From: Lophium mytilinum
Lineage: Eukaryota
Direction: 5' to 3'
NCBI GenBank assembly: GCA_010093605.1
Contig: MU004181.1
Span: 3,100,001 to 3,164,000, forward strand
DNA: 64,000 nucleotides
A program made the translations under genes and the position numbers. Below the pieces are notes generated by a model. The model had not been told where the DNA came from. It ran no database searches and saw only the letters and a program-made list of their open reading frames with translations. Below, piece after piece: positions 1-11,721 of the stretch (its first letter is position 1; every line of letters starts with the position of its first letter).

Positions 1-592
1 TCTTCTTCACAGAAAAGCTGTAAAAAGATGGTTTTGCGAGGACATCGTTTTCCGCAAGTGGGTGTTTCGCGTTCTTCTCGCCACCGTGAACATGGTTTTT
101 TAAGGTCCATGCTGCCTTGAACTCCGGGTTCGTCTTCCCAGAGAAGCCGTAAGTAGATGTGCTTGCGAGAACATCGTTTTCCGCAGGGTGGTGTTTCGCG
201 TTCTTCTCGGACTGCATCATAGGCTTAGGTTCGCTGGGTATGACAGAGTCAACGGACATAGTATCACTCCCAGAGTCGTCGTTCTTTTCCATCTTGGTAT
301 CGATTCGAACTGAATTGACCTGAGCGGGTGTGACTTCCGTAGTGTCTACTAGAGTGTTGACTTGAGCAGTGTCACGCTGAGCGGCGTCGACTGAAGGTTG
401 AGGAGGAAGTCGAGGTATCACCACCTGCGGTGAAGGTCCGCGGCGTGGATTTCTAGGATCGGCGTCAAGGGGACCGCTGGGCGAAGTGAATGGCAACTTT
501 CTCTTTCTGTCTTTGGTTCCGGATCTGAGGTTATCCGCAACCTTACGCTCGTCGCCGGCGCTGAAGCTGTTGTTATCCTCAGCCTCTACCAT
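1..592 (-). CDS. Hypothetical low-complexity protein with internal 43-aa repeat (5' part; runs off window start)
   Basis: ATG at 592 (MVEAEDNNSFS...) opens a stop-free frame down to base 1. It contains two copies of EKNAKH.xAENDVLA...Y.FS.K spaced 129 nt apart. Missing from the ORF track because no stop lies inside the window. Confidence 0.55.
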   Translation of the reverse strand, partial: MVEAEDNNSFSAGDERKVADNLRSGTKDRKRKLPFTSPSGPLDADPRNPRRGPSPQVVIPRLPPQPSVDAAQRDTAQVNTLVDTTEVTPAQVNSVRIDTKMEKNDDSGSDTMSVDSVIPSEPKPMMQSEKNAKHHPAENDVLASTSTYGFSGKTNPEFKAAWTLKNHVHGGEKNAKHPLAENDVLAKPSFYSFSVKK

Positions 593-1226
593 GATGCTTG
601 GTTGACTGTTGATTGTAGAAGGTTGAAGGACTACTAGTCGTCCAAGAGTTGGAGAAGTAGAAGTGAAATAGTCAAATCAAGCAGTTACGTGAGCGGTACT
701 TGGTGTAGTTCGATTCAAGTGAGGAAATATGAACACTCATCCCTAATATGAGATTGGCCTGACCCCAGGAATAGGCCAGTGAACGGTGTCAAGGTAACCT
801 AGAAGTTTCAGAACGGGCGGGACGTTACTTCACAAGACCTGTCGAGGAAACGCCCTGTTTGACGACCAGATACGTAATCACCGAAAGTGCTTGATAGCAA
901 GCTGATCATGGTAAGAATGTAGAACAGGAGTAACTCGAAATCTTTTAGTCTTAATTGACTTTTATGACGAGAAAAGCCGTATCCATGAGCTTGAAGCTCG
1001 ATAGCGCCTACCTCTATGCTGGTCATATACGCCCGATGACCATCGAGGGCCGTTACGCATTCCTTGTCATACCGCCATGCCTCTGTCCTATGTACCGCCT
1101 CATAATCGTAACCAGCTAATCCAAGCCCTACCCCTTGCTCGCCTATAAGGAGAATAAAGGTAAAGGGAAGCTACTAGTTACATACCTTCTGATGCAGAGT
1201 ACTGGAGATCAAAGTACCTGGAGATT

Positions 1227-2598
1227 CTACGCATCTGCCTCGACAACTCCACCCTCGTCGCTCGCGCTCTCGTCTTCGTCACCGCTGATCTCCTCGTTCT
1301 CGCGAGCTCGCTTCTCCATCAATGCCTGCAGTTCTGCGTCATCGTTTTCGGTAACTGCCTTGGGCGCCATCTTGACGATGAGGTTACCACCAGCTTTTGT
1401 GATGTTCTCCTCAATTTCCTTGATAGCATCTGTGAGAGTGGTGATGCCGACATTCTTGTCGAGACATTGGCTAGTCTGTGGCACGCTCGTTAGATGGTTG
1501 TTTCAACGAGGCCAGGGGTGTGATGGGTCATAGAGAGCAAAGTCCGAATACTTACCAAGACATATAGGGGCGGGCTGACGAGCTTGACTTTAACATGGTT
1601 GTCTGGCGTATTCTTGGCTTCTGCGCAGCGGAGAGCAGTTTTGACGGCGTCGATGCCTTCGTAGCCAAAGCATGTGACCTCAACATCGGAGCGGACCTTG
1701 GTTGGTTGAGGCGTCAATCGCTTTCCTATGTAGCTTTGTAGCTCGTCCTTGACTACGTCATTGGTGAATTCGCTAGAAGAGATTAGCGTTAATATCAACA
1801 CTTCGTAGCGGAAGTACTCACATGCCGGACCACACTTCTGGGTTCGTGATGGACTAATTGCAAGGTTAACACTACAGTTTATAGCAATCTATAAGGACAA
1901 AGTCGCTCACGAGCTTGAACGCATCAACTGCGTGGCCGTACTTCTTGTTGAGTGGCCATCCAATGGTAGAGTAAAGCTCCTCAATCGGGGTGTTCGTCTT
2001 CTCAGCCTAGAATCGCACGCGATTAGCAACTATCGTCCCGCCTAGTTCCAAAACGGGGCGTCTCTGCTTACAACGTGTCGCATGATCGAATGCACCATCT
2101 TGCTCTTGTTGTACCTGTCGTCACATCAGCATTGTGCACCTCTGGACTTCCACTGCTCCACCATTTCCATGCCCACACTCTCCGCAAATTCCACCATTCT
2201 CCCCATCCTCCGCGATGTAGAACTTAGAACAGACTGACCGTTCCTCGCATTTGACGATATCCTCGGGCGACACTCTCCGCTTCGACAGATCAATGTATCC
2301 CTTCTCTTTGTCCACCCTCAGCACGACAACGACCTCATTCCGGCCCACGCGAATCAACTTCTGGATACTCCTGATACGTCGGCGCGAGAGTTCGGAGAGC
2401 AGAATCATGCCGTCGATGTTGTCGTATTCGAGGAGTTTCACGTAGGCGCCCATTTCCGCGATCTAGGGATTTTGTCAGTCGATCTCGAAACCCTTTATTT
2501 GAATCTTCGGATTGTCCTACCTGCTTGACGTTCACCATCACGAAGGACTCGACCTCGGGGTACTTCTCCTCGTAGAAGCGGCAATTTGTGAGAGACAT
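1227..2598 (-). CDS. SUI2: Translation initiation factor eIF2 alpha subunit
   Basis: [15 protein letters not shown]... and [14 protein letters not shown] (Ser51 site). Seven exons: 2598-2521, 2462-2239, 2114-2072, 2006-1911, 1853-1822, 1772-1556, 1475-1227, with GT-AG introns that keep the frame. Confidence 0.97.
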
Positions 2599-2895
2599 GG
2601 CTGTGGTAGTAGGAAGGCTTTTCGCCTTAGTCGGGGGTGATTGATTTGTGTGCCTTCTGCGGCGAGAGGGGCAGCGGGGTGAAAACGGGATCTGGCGCGG
2701 GTCGGTGGCTCGCGAAGTGATGTGGGTTTCCTAGGTATTCCTTTCTGGAGAAATACGGAGAGGTGTATGTAGTCTGTAGGCCTCGAGGCGTATGGATTGC
2801 TGTGGCGGGTGAGGTGTAGTGGTGCAGTCCTAAGCAGAGCGGGAGTCACAAGAAAGAAATTGTGGGGCTTCCCGCCGCAAATGCCAAGACCCCGC

Positions 2896-3390
2896 ATTTG
2901 TCGAATTCAATTTAGCAGAGAACGCTTGGCGCTTTTTTCTCGGCGTTCCTCACCAAAATTTGTATGAGAATCGCGAGGAGCACCACCTAATTAAATGTTA
3001 ACCTCTTAACAGCCCTTAGATAACATAAAGGAAGGTTATGTATGCGTGCTTAAGGGCCATTTACTAATATTTTCTAGTATCTAGCATTCTAAGCCTTGCG
3101 CAGGAGCTCCCCCGGGCCTGTAATACTTGAATGTTGCGGTACTTAGAACCTATCTACAGGTAGAATAGGTAGCAGGTGTCTAAGACAGTTATTCTAGGGC
3201 ACTAGAGTACTAAAAATCCTGCTAAATAGCTATATATTATGCCCGAGGAGCCTTACTTATAATTATCTAGCGAACGTTAAAAGGTTGACATTCAATTAGG
3301 TGGTATTCCCCGCGGCTCTCATACAAATTTTGGTGAGGAACGCCGAGAAAAAAGCGCCAAGCGTTCTCTGCTAAATTGAATTCGACAAAT
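2896..3390. mobile_element. Foldback/MITE-like inverted-repeat element (~495 bp)
   Basis: 2896-2969 is the exact reverse complement of 3317-3390 (74 bp). Imperfect pairing continues about 65 bp inward. The interior is TpA-rich and non-coding. No clear TSD. Confidence 0.75.
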
Positions 3391-3751
3391 CCAGTTTCGA
3401 CGTCGTCCCATCCATTCTTGCAACAACAGCTTCTAATTTCCATCTTCCAATTTGAACCGTGAACGAAACGCTCATTGGTGTTTGTCATCAATTGAGGTGA
3501 ATGGAGGCTACTTAATTTCGGATCTAGACCGATCCGCTCGTTCCTATGATAGAACTATCGCACAGAATGAATGGATTCGATATATCTGGTCTACGACAGA
3601 CATCATATTAAGCCATAACGATAGCATCGATCTGCACTCGGGGGAGTTGCTTAGGCTATGAAATGCCGTGGGTTTCGTGACAAGAGCAATTACAATACTT
3701 TATTCCTACGGATGTTACCCGCTCAAAGCTCCCGATCTCTCCAGTCAGCTA

Positions 3752-6003
3752 TTAGACCAGCGTGACTTCAATTTCATCCGGCTTTGCGTACTCCCAAGCA
3801 TCAGAGTGGATCTGACTAATTGCTAGACGTTCAGAGACGCCATTCTCCTTAGAAACCAGAAGGATGTCCAATAGTGGCCACGGCTTGTCGAGATCGTACG
3901 CATTATATTGAAGGTTGAGGTCTACGGGCACACCCTTCCCCTGGAACCGTCCGGTATCTCTACGATCCCATATCCACCCTGCTGTGGTAGCCGATAGGAG
4001 TACTAGATATAAGTCATCCCGAGAAAAAAGACCTAACGCAAGGTCGTCGGTACCATGGAGCGCTCCACACATCCTTCCCCTTTCATCCTCAATCAAACTT
4101 GCCGAATAGGTTGGCTTGGCCGCTGAGGCGCGGCTTGCGTATGTGTGGTGCATCCCACTACACCCGGCATGGAATTTGAATGAGCTAACCCCTAAGACAG
4201 ATGCCTTGAACTTCAGTGTTCCTGGACCCTTTTGACTTGACTCTGCAGAGGGGGAAGATAAGGCCATAGAGTTGTAGTTGTACATCCAGGGAAAGCAATC
4301 AGCAAAAACATGTTGCACTCTACCCTCAAGATGGATCGTATCGGATGTGTCTTCAAGGCGAACTGAGTGTATCCTCGTCTGTATGTCCTTTTTCTCTACT
4401 ACCAGCTTGTAGTCCACTACACCGTTCCAACCAATCCAGGACCAACTGGGGAAAACCTCTGTATCACCATCAGACGGGGTTGAGCTGCTTCGGATTGTGC
4501 CTGCTGCAGGTATCCAGAGTAAGGCAAGGTCGATAAGCGCGACTGGCACACCCTGCACAAATCTCAATCCAATTCCTCTAGCAAGAACGTCGAGGATGCC
4601 CATAAATGCATTGAGCCTGTCGGATGAAAAGGATAGGTGTTTTGCGCTGTAGTTGACAATGAAATCGGCTATGTAAGCGAAAACGCTGGCCCAATCGCCT
4701 TGTTCTGCGCTTGCCCGTGTCTGAGATAAGTGTAAAAAGGGGTTGGCATATCTGCTTCTTGCCTGAAGAAGCTCATCGTGGATGTATTCATACTCGCAGT
4801 AGTGATTGGTCTGGCATTCGAAACGCACAAAATCTTTCGCGAAATACAGACATCGTTTGGAAAGGAGCTGCTCCTGGTAAGTCCAAGCCCTGGAGTAATA
4901 CTTTGTGTCGACTCTGTTGTCGCCAATGGTCTCTATTCTCTGATTCAAGCGAACACCTGGGGCGACTAGATATCCACATTCTGTTCTTTTCATTGGACTA
5001 ATGCCAGCCAGCCCAGCGCCTGCATCTTCTCCGGCCGATGCGATTATGGTTACGGAAGCAGACGAGTATATGCTAGCCATCTGCGAGATCTGCTCATGCT
5101 TCTGAGCATCATCGTCATGAACAACGCACCTACAATAATGGATGAGCAAGGTGACGTGCTTCAATATAGAAAGGGTGTTGATGTTCGTTTAAAACTGGGA
5201 AGAGATAGAGAAAGGACTAACAGTGTATCTACCCATAACAATAATCCTCCAAGCACCCTCGTAGTCTCAATAGCATCCTTGATTGTTTTTGGGATCAGAT
5301 GGGCAAGAGTGTCTAAGGAAGAGTCCACCATAAGTTCTGGCAATGTGGCTTTGAATGTTCGGAACTGTGGAGTACGACCCCAAACATAGGACAGCGCAAA
5401 GTAGTGCACGTTGGATGTGCGTTCGACCAAGCATCTTCTCTTGACATCAATGAGAAGGAGTTTTGATATAGCCCTCGAGGGTCCAATATGTTTAGTACAC
5501 CTGGGATGATGTTGAGCGCACTCATTCAAGCATTTCCATATCCAATCGAAATCAGCCTGGTTCGAAACGACCACCCGAGTGCCGCTTGACTGAAGTGGGT
5601 CAGCAGTATCGGCTTTTAACTTCAGTGGAGCAGGCGATGTGCTCCCTGGCACCGCGAAACTGATTTCGTTCGCATGAAGATGAAGATCTTTGAGTCTCCA
5701 AGCGTCAACGAATACGACTGCGCCGCCAAACCAGTTCATCAACGTCGCTGTCGGAGGCTTGCTTCCAAAGCTGATGAGGCCGCCTAATAAACAGCAGTAT
5801 ATTTGCCTGTCTGGCCAACGCTTGAATTGTTGAAATAGCTCAATCCATCGAATGGCACGAAGATCCACAAGCTTGGAGAGTTTGACAGCCTGAATGCAAG
5901 CGGAGCAAGCTGAACGGAACGCGAACGACACTTTGTTGTTGGGATCTGAGCTAACAGCACCTTGCTCAAAAGTAAGTGCATATTCGGTCGGGGCTGGATC
6001 CAT
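3752..6003 (-). CDS. Heterokaryon incompatibility (HET) domain protein
   Basis: HET motifs YFALSYVWG, PKTIKDAI, LWVDTLC..DD, QMASIYSSA, SRAWTYQE. One 92-nt intron (5221-5130, GTTAGT...TAG) joins the two ORFs in frame. Confidence 0.9.
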
Positions 6004-6415
6004 GATCTAAGCGGTGGGACACAATAATGAAAGGTATCGGCATTGATAGATGTGTTCAGTGGGTGTCCATTCAGCCTCGCAGGTATCTTGTAAGCCTAGA
6101 AGCTAACTTGATTTGGCCCGTCCACGTGACACAAATGTAACAAACACAGCCGCGGATGAACCAGCAAATTATATGCATATACTAAAATCAGCCGCGTCCC
6201 CAAGCCTTATTCAGGACGATGGTATCTGGCAAACGCCTCCAACGCCTTTCCCTCCAACTCGCCAGCTATACCTAGGTATGTTCATGCACCAGTCCAATAC
6301 ACGAGCAGAAGAAAACTAATACCAAAGCCATTTACCCGTTGTCAACATCCAGTCGTGGTCATCCTCGTCATATTCTCCTAGCTTCACCCAATGGTGTCAA
6401 ACCAAGCGTTCGTAT

Positions 6416-7575
6416 TTACTTCTTCAAGGCAGCATCATACAAGGCCGCGAGCACACCCACACCTGCTCCGATCAAAAGACCTGCCGGCCCTCCAGGGACG
6501 GATTTGCTGATAGTAGTGACAGTGTCGGAGCTGAATGGTCCCCAGGCTGGGACGACATATTCAGCGACTGGGACCGGAGGAAATCCTTTCTCCTTCGCCA
6601 CGGCAACCAGCGGGTAGATGGTGTAGGCCAACAATGCCTTGACAATGTTAAAGGTCAAAGGATCGGCGGTGTAGGTCTTTTTGTTGGTCTTGTGTTGTGT
6701 GTTGGAGCGCAGAGTCAGGTTGACGAAGTAAGACGCGACGAGTGGAAGGAAAATGCTCGTGAGGGACCACAGTGTCGCAGGTGCCCAGAAATCGCTGGTT
6801 AGAAGGAGCCACAAGTTGGGAAATGGAAATTCTCGCGACTTGAGACCCAAGCTGGCAAGTGCAGGCGTTTTGGGATGTGACCATTCAAGGGTACTGTACT
6901 GGAGGCCGGCGGCCTCGATGATCGAGACGAAGCTCTGAACAGCAACCACGGAGCTGAAATTCTCGCGTAAGAACTCAACGACTTCCTCGGTCCTGGTTTT
7001 TTGGAGCTTCCAGAGGTCGCGCGCTTTCTTATCGATCGCGGTGCCGGCCTGCTCAGCTACGTTCGCGAGTTGCGATGGCGACGCGGGGATGTCAATTGCC
7101 GACGTGATTCGGGACACAGTCCGTGGGGTTCGCGTCGCGAGTGCCTTCCGTGGCGTGGCCTCCTCCCTAGAGGCGTTACAGGTCAGTATAGGCGCGTATA
7201 TGGGACGCGTTTCATGTAAACAATAAACGTACTGGGAGTCCTCGCGCTCAATGAGCTTGGTTTGGCGTCTTCTCGGCTTGCTGACCACAACGGTGCCGGC
7301 ATCAGGAGGCGACGGGCGCTCGCGCTTCAAGGGCGATCCAGTGCGCTTGTAGTAGTCACTGAAGACTGGGTTCTTGCTATACGTGCTCTGGTTCTGCGCA
7401 AGTCGTGTCTCCAGAGCGGTAATGAGATCCTCCTTCAAGAGGCCCTCGCTGTTGCATGTCCCGTTAGACAATTGCGCGTTGCGATTTGGAAGATGGGAAC
7501 GTACTCGGGAACGTTGGCTTGCGAGGCAAGCTCTTGCAGCTCGCCCTTGCGTTTCTTGTGAAGCCAAGATGACAT
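6416..7575 (-). CDS. Conserved fungal membrane protein, probably Gtt3-like (short N-terminal helical domain, C-terminal hydrophobic segments)
   Basis: ATG at 7575 (MSSWLHKKRKGELQELA...), two GTACGT introns (near 7503-7450, and 7232-7167), several hydrophobic C-terminal helices. The family assignment is from recall and unverified. Confidence 0.75.
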
Positions 7576-8141
7576 AGTTCTAAGAGTAGAATATAGTGGG
7601 TCGCGGAGTCGATGCGATCCGCAATATTGGTATGCAAAGCTAGTTAAGGTTGTGGGAAGGAATGCTGTGTGGTGGTGCAGTGAGCGCGACTCGGGATAGA
7701 AGGCGGAGAGGCGGGACAACAGCGCTTGGATTTATGGTGTTGTTTACATTTATGCCAAGACGTCTCACGTGAGCGTCGACGAAAGCGCTAATTCTAGATT
7801 GACGCAACAGGCCAGGCCGCCTCGAGATGCCGCGCAGGATTATTTTGGCAATTGGATGAGCTGTGCTATGTGTGCAGCAGTTGAGTTGGGACCCCTCATT
7901 CCTCGCTCCAAAAGTTCTCAGATCGAGCTCTGGTCCATTCGCCGTCGGTCTCTCGGCTCTAGCAGCAGGCCAGCATATCGCCAGAAAAAACCGGAGATCA
8001 ACCTTCGTCCGATCCCATCGCCTTTCTGACGCTCCTTATCACCCCCTCCTCTCGTATTTCTGTGACTCGCAGGCGTCGCTCGTTCGCCGTACATACTCTC
8101 CCGACTCATTGCGGCCCTCCGCAGCATTTTCTGGCGTCTCC

Positions 8142-9518
8142 ATGGTTCTAGCCCGTGTGGCTAACTTCTTCTCAACGAGCGATTCGAAGACGCAGTTCGT
8201 AGATGATGGACGGGAGGGCAGCGCGCTCACAATGGAAGCCGTGGAAACCATGCAGGACGCACTGGAGAGGGAGGAGGTAGACCTGGAGGCTGTTCGGCCG
8301 CCCTTCATTCATGTAAGGATCACGAAATGCGCAGAAAGTCGCGCATCGAGTCCTGCATGTACTGACATGGCGGTGCCTAGGCGATGTTGGCTGGCGGTCT
8401 AGGAGGGACGACTGGAGACATGCTGATGCACTCTTTGGACACGGTCAAAACGAGGCAACAGGGCGATCCGCACATGCCCCCGAAGTACACATCCATGGGG
8501 TCGACATATTACACAATCTGGCGGCAAGAAGGAATAAGAAAAGGTCTATATGGAGGCGTGAAGCCAGCCTTCCTAGGTTCCTTCTCTGGAACGGTGATAT
8601 TCTTCGGGACGTATGAGTGGAGTAAAAGGCATCTGATAGACATGGGCGTTGCGCCATCGATATCTTATTTTACGGCTGGTATGTCAAAGTCCTCGGGGAA
8701 TTGGTCTCCCATTCAACCACTAGAAGAGACAGAAGCTAACGTTCTAAACAGGCCTCGTCGCAGATCTAGCAGCAGCCCCCGTTTACGTTCCATCTGAAGT
8801 CCTCAAGACCCGTCTCCAACTCCAAGGCCGACACAACAACCCTTACTTCAATTCAGGCTACAATTACCGATCCACTATTCATGCCGCTAAGACAATCGCA
8901 AGGACTGAAGGCTTCTCAGCCCTCTTCTACGGATACAAGGCGACACTATGGCGGGACCTCCCATTTTCAGCCCTACAGTTCGCCTTCTATGAGCAAGAGC
9001 AAAAATGGGCCAAAGCATACGTTGGGTCAAAAACAATAGGATTGCCCCTGGAAATCCTGACAGCGGCTAGCGCTGGTGGTATGGCTGGTGTGATAACATG
9101 CCCCCTGGATGTCGTGAAAACCCGCATCCAAACTCAGCACAACCCAGACACCCTCCCTACGGGTGCGACAACGTCGACAGTGATTTCACAAAAACCGGCC
9201 TCGCCTCATGTGCCCTCAAAACACCAAACGCCAGCGCATAACAAACCACCTCCGCACCAGCACAGTCGGCCCATTTCAACATCTTCTCCATCCACGGCGC
9301 TCAGGAACCACTCGGCTGTAACCTTGGACACTTCGTCAGTATTGACCGGACTGAAAGTAATCTATAAAACGGAGGGTTTCGCCGGATGGTTCCGTGGTGT
9401 CGGCCCTCGTTTGGTCTGGACGAGCGTGCAAAGTGGCACCATGCTCGTGCTATATCAAACCCTTCTACGGTTCTTCGACGACCATCCCCTAGTTTCAAAG
9501 GACGACGCTTCGCTATAG
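8142..9518 (+). CDS. Mitochondrial carrier family protein, Mme1/YMR166C-like
   Basis: Carrier signature repeats [31 protein letters not shown]. Introns at about 8312-8381 and 8679-8751. Confidence 0.9.
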
Positions 9519-9980
9519 AACGAAAGACGGTGGTTAAGAGTTTATGTTTGTTGCTATCATGACGGAGGCTGCGACTGTGTACACTGTATAATACTAAGGG
9601 CGACTACGGATCGTACGCCATGCATTAGTGGCGTTTTAATATACGGGCGATCACCACGTCGCTCATTGATCTGGCGTTTGGGATAGACTAGACTTTTGGG
9701 CATCCATTTGAAATCTCATACTCTTAGACTTCTGCACTTACGCCTTGGCATCCAGCCGCTTTGTATGACGCTACATAGGTAAGCAGACTTGTGGTGTTGC
9801 GGAACGCCTGAGCGAGCCAGCTAGGAGATGTTCCCTCTTACGGAGATCTTCAACATTCACCGCACTTTGAAATGGAGCATCGCCTGCTCTTCACAATCAT
9901 CATATGGCATAACAGCAAAGGTGAATCTATCAAGGATATATTCATCTTTCCATACTAATACATAGGCTGTACCCACATGT

Positions 9981-11721
9981 TCAGGTAGGCAGCGGTGCAC
10001 ACGATCCATTAGCACAACAGCTCGGATCCCCAGCCGCACACCCACTCTCTCCACAATGACACGTGCAACTCCCATCCGCACAGCACGGCATGCTATCCGC
10101 CGAGCACCCACTCTCGCCACAGTTGCAATTGAAATCGGTAGGAACCGGCGTGCTGGTAGGCACAGACGCAGACGGCGTGCTCGTAGGAATAGCGACGAGT
10201 TCCGGAGACAGGGCTGCAGCCGCATTCTCAACATTATCATTGCAATCGGGGGTGGTCACGTTGAGGGGCCCGTCACTACCTGCGTCACTGCAGCTGAAGG
10301 CGTCATTGAGGTACACGTTGTAGGCGTCCGAGGGGGCAACGCCGAGGGCTTCGCCCAGCTTGACGGGGTCGTCGGTCTGACTGATGATGCCGGCGTTGTC
10401 GAGGGTTCCAAAGGGCTCTTCCGTGGGTTGCTCGCTGACGATAGGGTACCGTGGGTATTCTCCGATCTGGCCAGTAACCCACATGGCGAGTGCGTACTGC
10501 GCGAGATTATCGGCTGTTGTGATGTTGTTAGAACAACTCAAGAAGAAGGGTTCTGTGCTGGAGAGTTGCTTACCATTGGTGGCAACCCACCATCCCGTGT
10601 TTTTCGACCATCGGGCTATGGTTTTGGTGTATTCACCTCCGTATGCCTGTACCGTGACCACCCTATTGAAAGCGGGAGACCAGATCTGGATTTTACGATC
10701 ATAGACGTGTTTGATGCGGTATGCAACATTATTCACCATTCTATTGATGTGAAAGAGCTCGTGTAGTGCTACATACCCTATAGACAGCGTTAGTATTACT
10801 CAGAATTCCAAGGGCCATCTAGATAACTAACCACGGCATTCATAGTTGCGCAGAAGAAGTCTATCCCTCTCGCCAGTAATCGGTTTCATACTTGCGATCC
10901 TATCCGGGCAAGAGCCCAAAGCAAAGAAGCTCGGACAGAAATTTATTGTAGCTACAGCAGTACCGTCATGGTTACTGGTATAAGCTGCCGCACGAGGGAC
11001 CCATGAAGAAACAACGTCGTTCCCACTTGAGTCCTTCTGGGTTATCGCTCTCCAGCATCTGCTGTTGCCTGCTCATATGTCAGTCTTCCCTGTGCTTACA
11101 TGGACACAAATAGGCGTCAAGTACTAACATTTGTCCACGTCCCCGGGTTGTGTGCCTAGGGGACATGCTAGGTCTTTCCGCTGTAGGTAGTCGTCACAGC
11201 GAGCTTCGAGTTGCCATGCTAGTATTGTTCCATCGTTGTGCCAGGTTTGAATGTTCTTCATTATAGCTACATTAATGGTCAGTTAGCGCAGTCAACTATT
11301 TCCTTAAAAGGTCTTTTTACGTACCATTAATCTCAGCTTGATAGTCTTGGTTGTTATCCGGAGAGCCCAGAAAGTCACCGGCTTGCTGATCTTTGTTAGA
11401 TTCTGGTCAGAGAAGGAAATTCTGAGTGACACTATTCTTACGTCGCTAGTGAAGTCTATGTCACTCGAGACCGACTGGCCAATCTCTAGAAGCTCACCCC
11501 ACGCACTCTCAATGACCGAGGACCAGTCTGGATGATCATCCGTGTTGCAGCCGTCCCATCCCCAGAAATAAAAGGCGCTAGCACTGACGTCCTGTCTTGA
11601 CGTGAGGTTTACTGGCGAATCGTCCAGAACAGTTGCATCGTGGGCAGCTGGAAAAGCGCAAGTGTGCAACCAAGAGAACAATTGTCACAGTAGCTGCCAG
11701 GGAGCAATATTTTGCTGCCAT
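9981..11721 (-). pseudogene. Secreted HEXXH zinc metalloprotease-like (M35/aspzincin-like) gene with Cys-rich C-terminal repeats; one frameshift near the signal-peptide end
   Basis: The spliced product has AAYT, INFCPSFF, HELFH, AYG and NADN motifs, with five in-phase GT-AG introns. ATG 11721 encodes a signal peptide that is out of frame with the mature region. Either a pseudogene or an assembly indel. Confidence 0.7.
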
